A stretch of DNA of 63,459 nt, filler included, from Dimargaris cristalligena (lineage: Eukaryota), in the NCBI GenBank assembly GCA_003614675.1. It is 25 parts of 25 records of this genome, joined end to end, with 100 filler letters (N's around TTAATTAATTAA, not from the genome) between each part and the next. Parts side by side here need not be neighbours in the genome. Positions count along the whole stretch, not along the records: positions 61,057 to 63,459 come from ML004221.1; 24 more parts are not named here. The stretch is one strand, 5' to 3'. Positions within the stretch are counted from its first letter, which is position 1. Each line of letters opens with the position of its first letter. This document shows, in pieces, positions 62,306 to 63,459 of this stretch. The notes beneath the pieces were generated by a model that did no database searches, had not been told where the DNA came from, and saw nothing but the letters and a program-made list of their open reading frames with translations. Made by a program: the position numbers and the translations under genes.

Positions 62306-63282
62306 GGTGGGTGATGCTCGGAGTGGGTGGAGTGGAGGGGGGAATAAGCCGGCCGGGCGAGATGAACGAAGATATGGTCAAAAGGGGTTGGGATTGAAAG
62401 TAGCCGAGGGCTGGTGAGATATGGCGGATGGAATGCTGCTGAGCTAATGAACCAAAGGTTGACACACAAGTCGCTCTTTATATAAGTTTTTAATAGAGCG
62501 GTATAAACCGGGTGGTTCGCGTAGAAGGGGGGATGTTTGGGTCGCCTAATAGCAAATGTGATTATACAAGGAAAACATGTTAGGAAGGGGGGGGGGATCA
62601 ATCGACTCCGCCAGCGCGCATTATTCATCGCCCCAAACGGATGATGCTTAGCCAGGTCCAGGGACACCTTCGGAAATAAAAAGACAGCCGAAAAATAGCG
62701 CAGGGGAATACTATTGCTTCCGAGCTCAAAATTTGAGATATATTTGGTTTCTGGCCAATAAACATAATTCACACCGTGCACGGTAATCTGGCCTTTTGGG
62801 AACGTATCGCTCCGTGGGCTCGTCAATTGCCAAACCGGGATGATTGACTCCATTCGGACAAAGCCTCCTTCACGCTTGAAGTGGCTGGATCTACCAGGGA
62901 CTTTTAGTGGATAAACTTGCTACATATATTTTAGTTATGGTGGTGTAGTTTAGATTCTGCGTGTTTGGTTATTAAAAGGCGCTGTCCTTGGCTGCGTGTA
63001 ATCACCGGGAATAGAAGCCCCCAGGAGTGTCTCTACATACACAAATATTACTTGGCAAAATTTTGTTTACAGTCCACTGGACGTATTGGTATTTCTTACA
63101 TAGTAAATCCAGTTTGTATTCCAGCCACCAGCCATACCCCTCAAACCTGCTTTACCGTGCCAAGATGGGTATTTGAACCTTTATAATTACCCATAGTTTT
63201 TGAAGCCAGAGCTTCAGACAAATTCCGAAAACCGAGTTTGGGAAAATTATGGGAGCAGTATGAATAAAACAGGATAGATAAT

Positions 63283-63459
63283 TGTCGCCCCTCCTAATCC
63301 GTCCTAATCCAACCGATATGACCGCCATCATATCAGGCCGTATAGCGCCATATTGTACCCCCCGGCCCTAATAAGGCCGAGCATCATTGATATCCCCTTA
63401 CCGGCCGGGCCTCCCGGAGTTCGCACTAATCACTCGTAGGTGATCTTAGTGCCTTACAC
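63283..63459 (+). repeat. 5' part of a family A LTR, CpG-rich copy
   Basis: Starts TGTCGCCC; colinear with 59760-59935. Confidence 0.85.

Overview
This window is not one locus. It is 26 unrelated short contigs of about 2.4-2.5 kb, ordered by decreasing length and joined by an artificial N-run/TTAATTAATTAA/N-run linker. Most look like the repeat-rich tail of a fungal assembly; an early-diverging lineage is my inference from gene and LINE ORF1 style. Host genes: the 3' part of an inositol polyphosphate 5-phosphatase, a spliced STK32/YANK-like kinase, a complete 5-exon GAR1, a dispersed 5S rRNA and small secreted-peptide candidates. Mobile DNA: two copies of a Ty3/gypsy element with a dUTPase between gag and protease, two copies of an apparently self-priming (Tf1/sushi-type) gypsy element, two LINE-type ORF1s, several solo-LTR families and a 144-bp MITE-like family. 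Repeats carry heavy CpG->TpG and also CpA->TpA erosion. One contig (12860-15321) is bacterial: a ParB-like remnant cut at a TGT-initiated transposon-like end, followed by a Lon-like AAA+ ATPase. The most striking object is the intact GAR1 gene packed between 370-bp inverted arms that run out into a 156-bp repeat at both contig ends.
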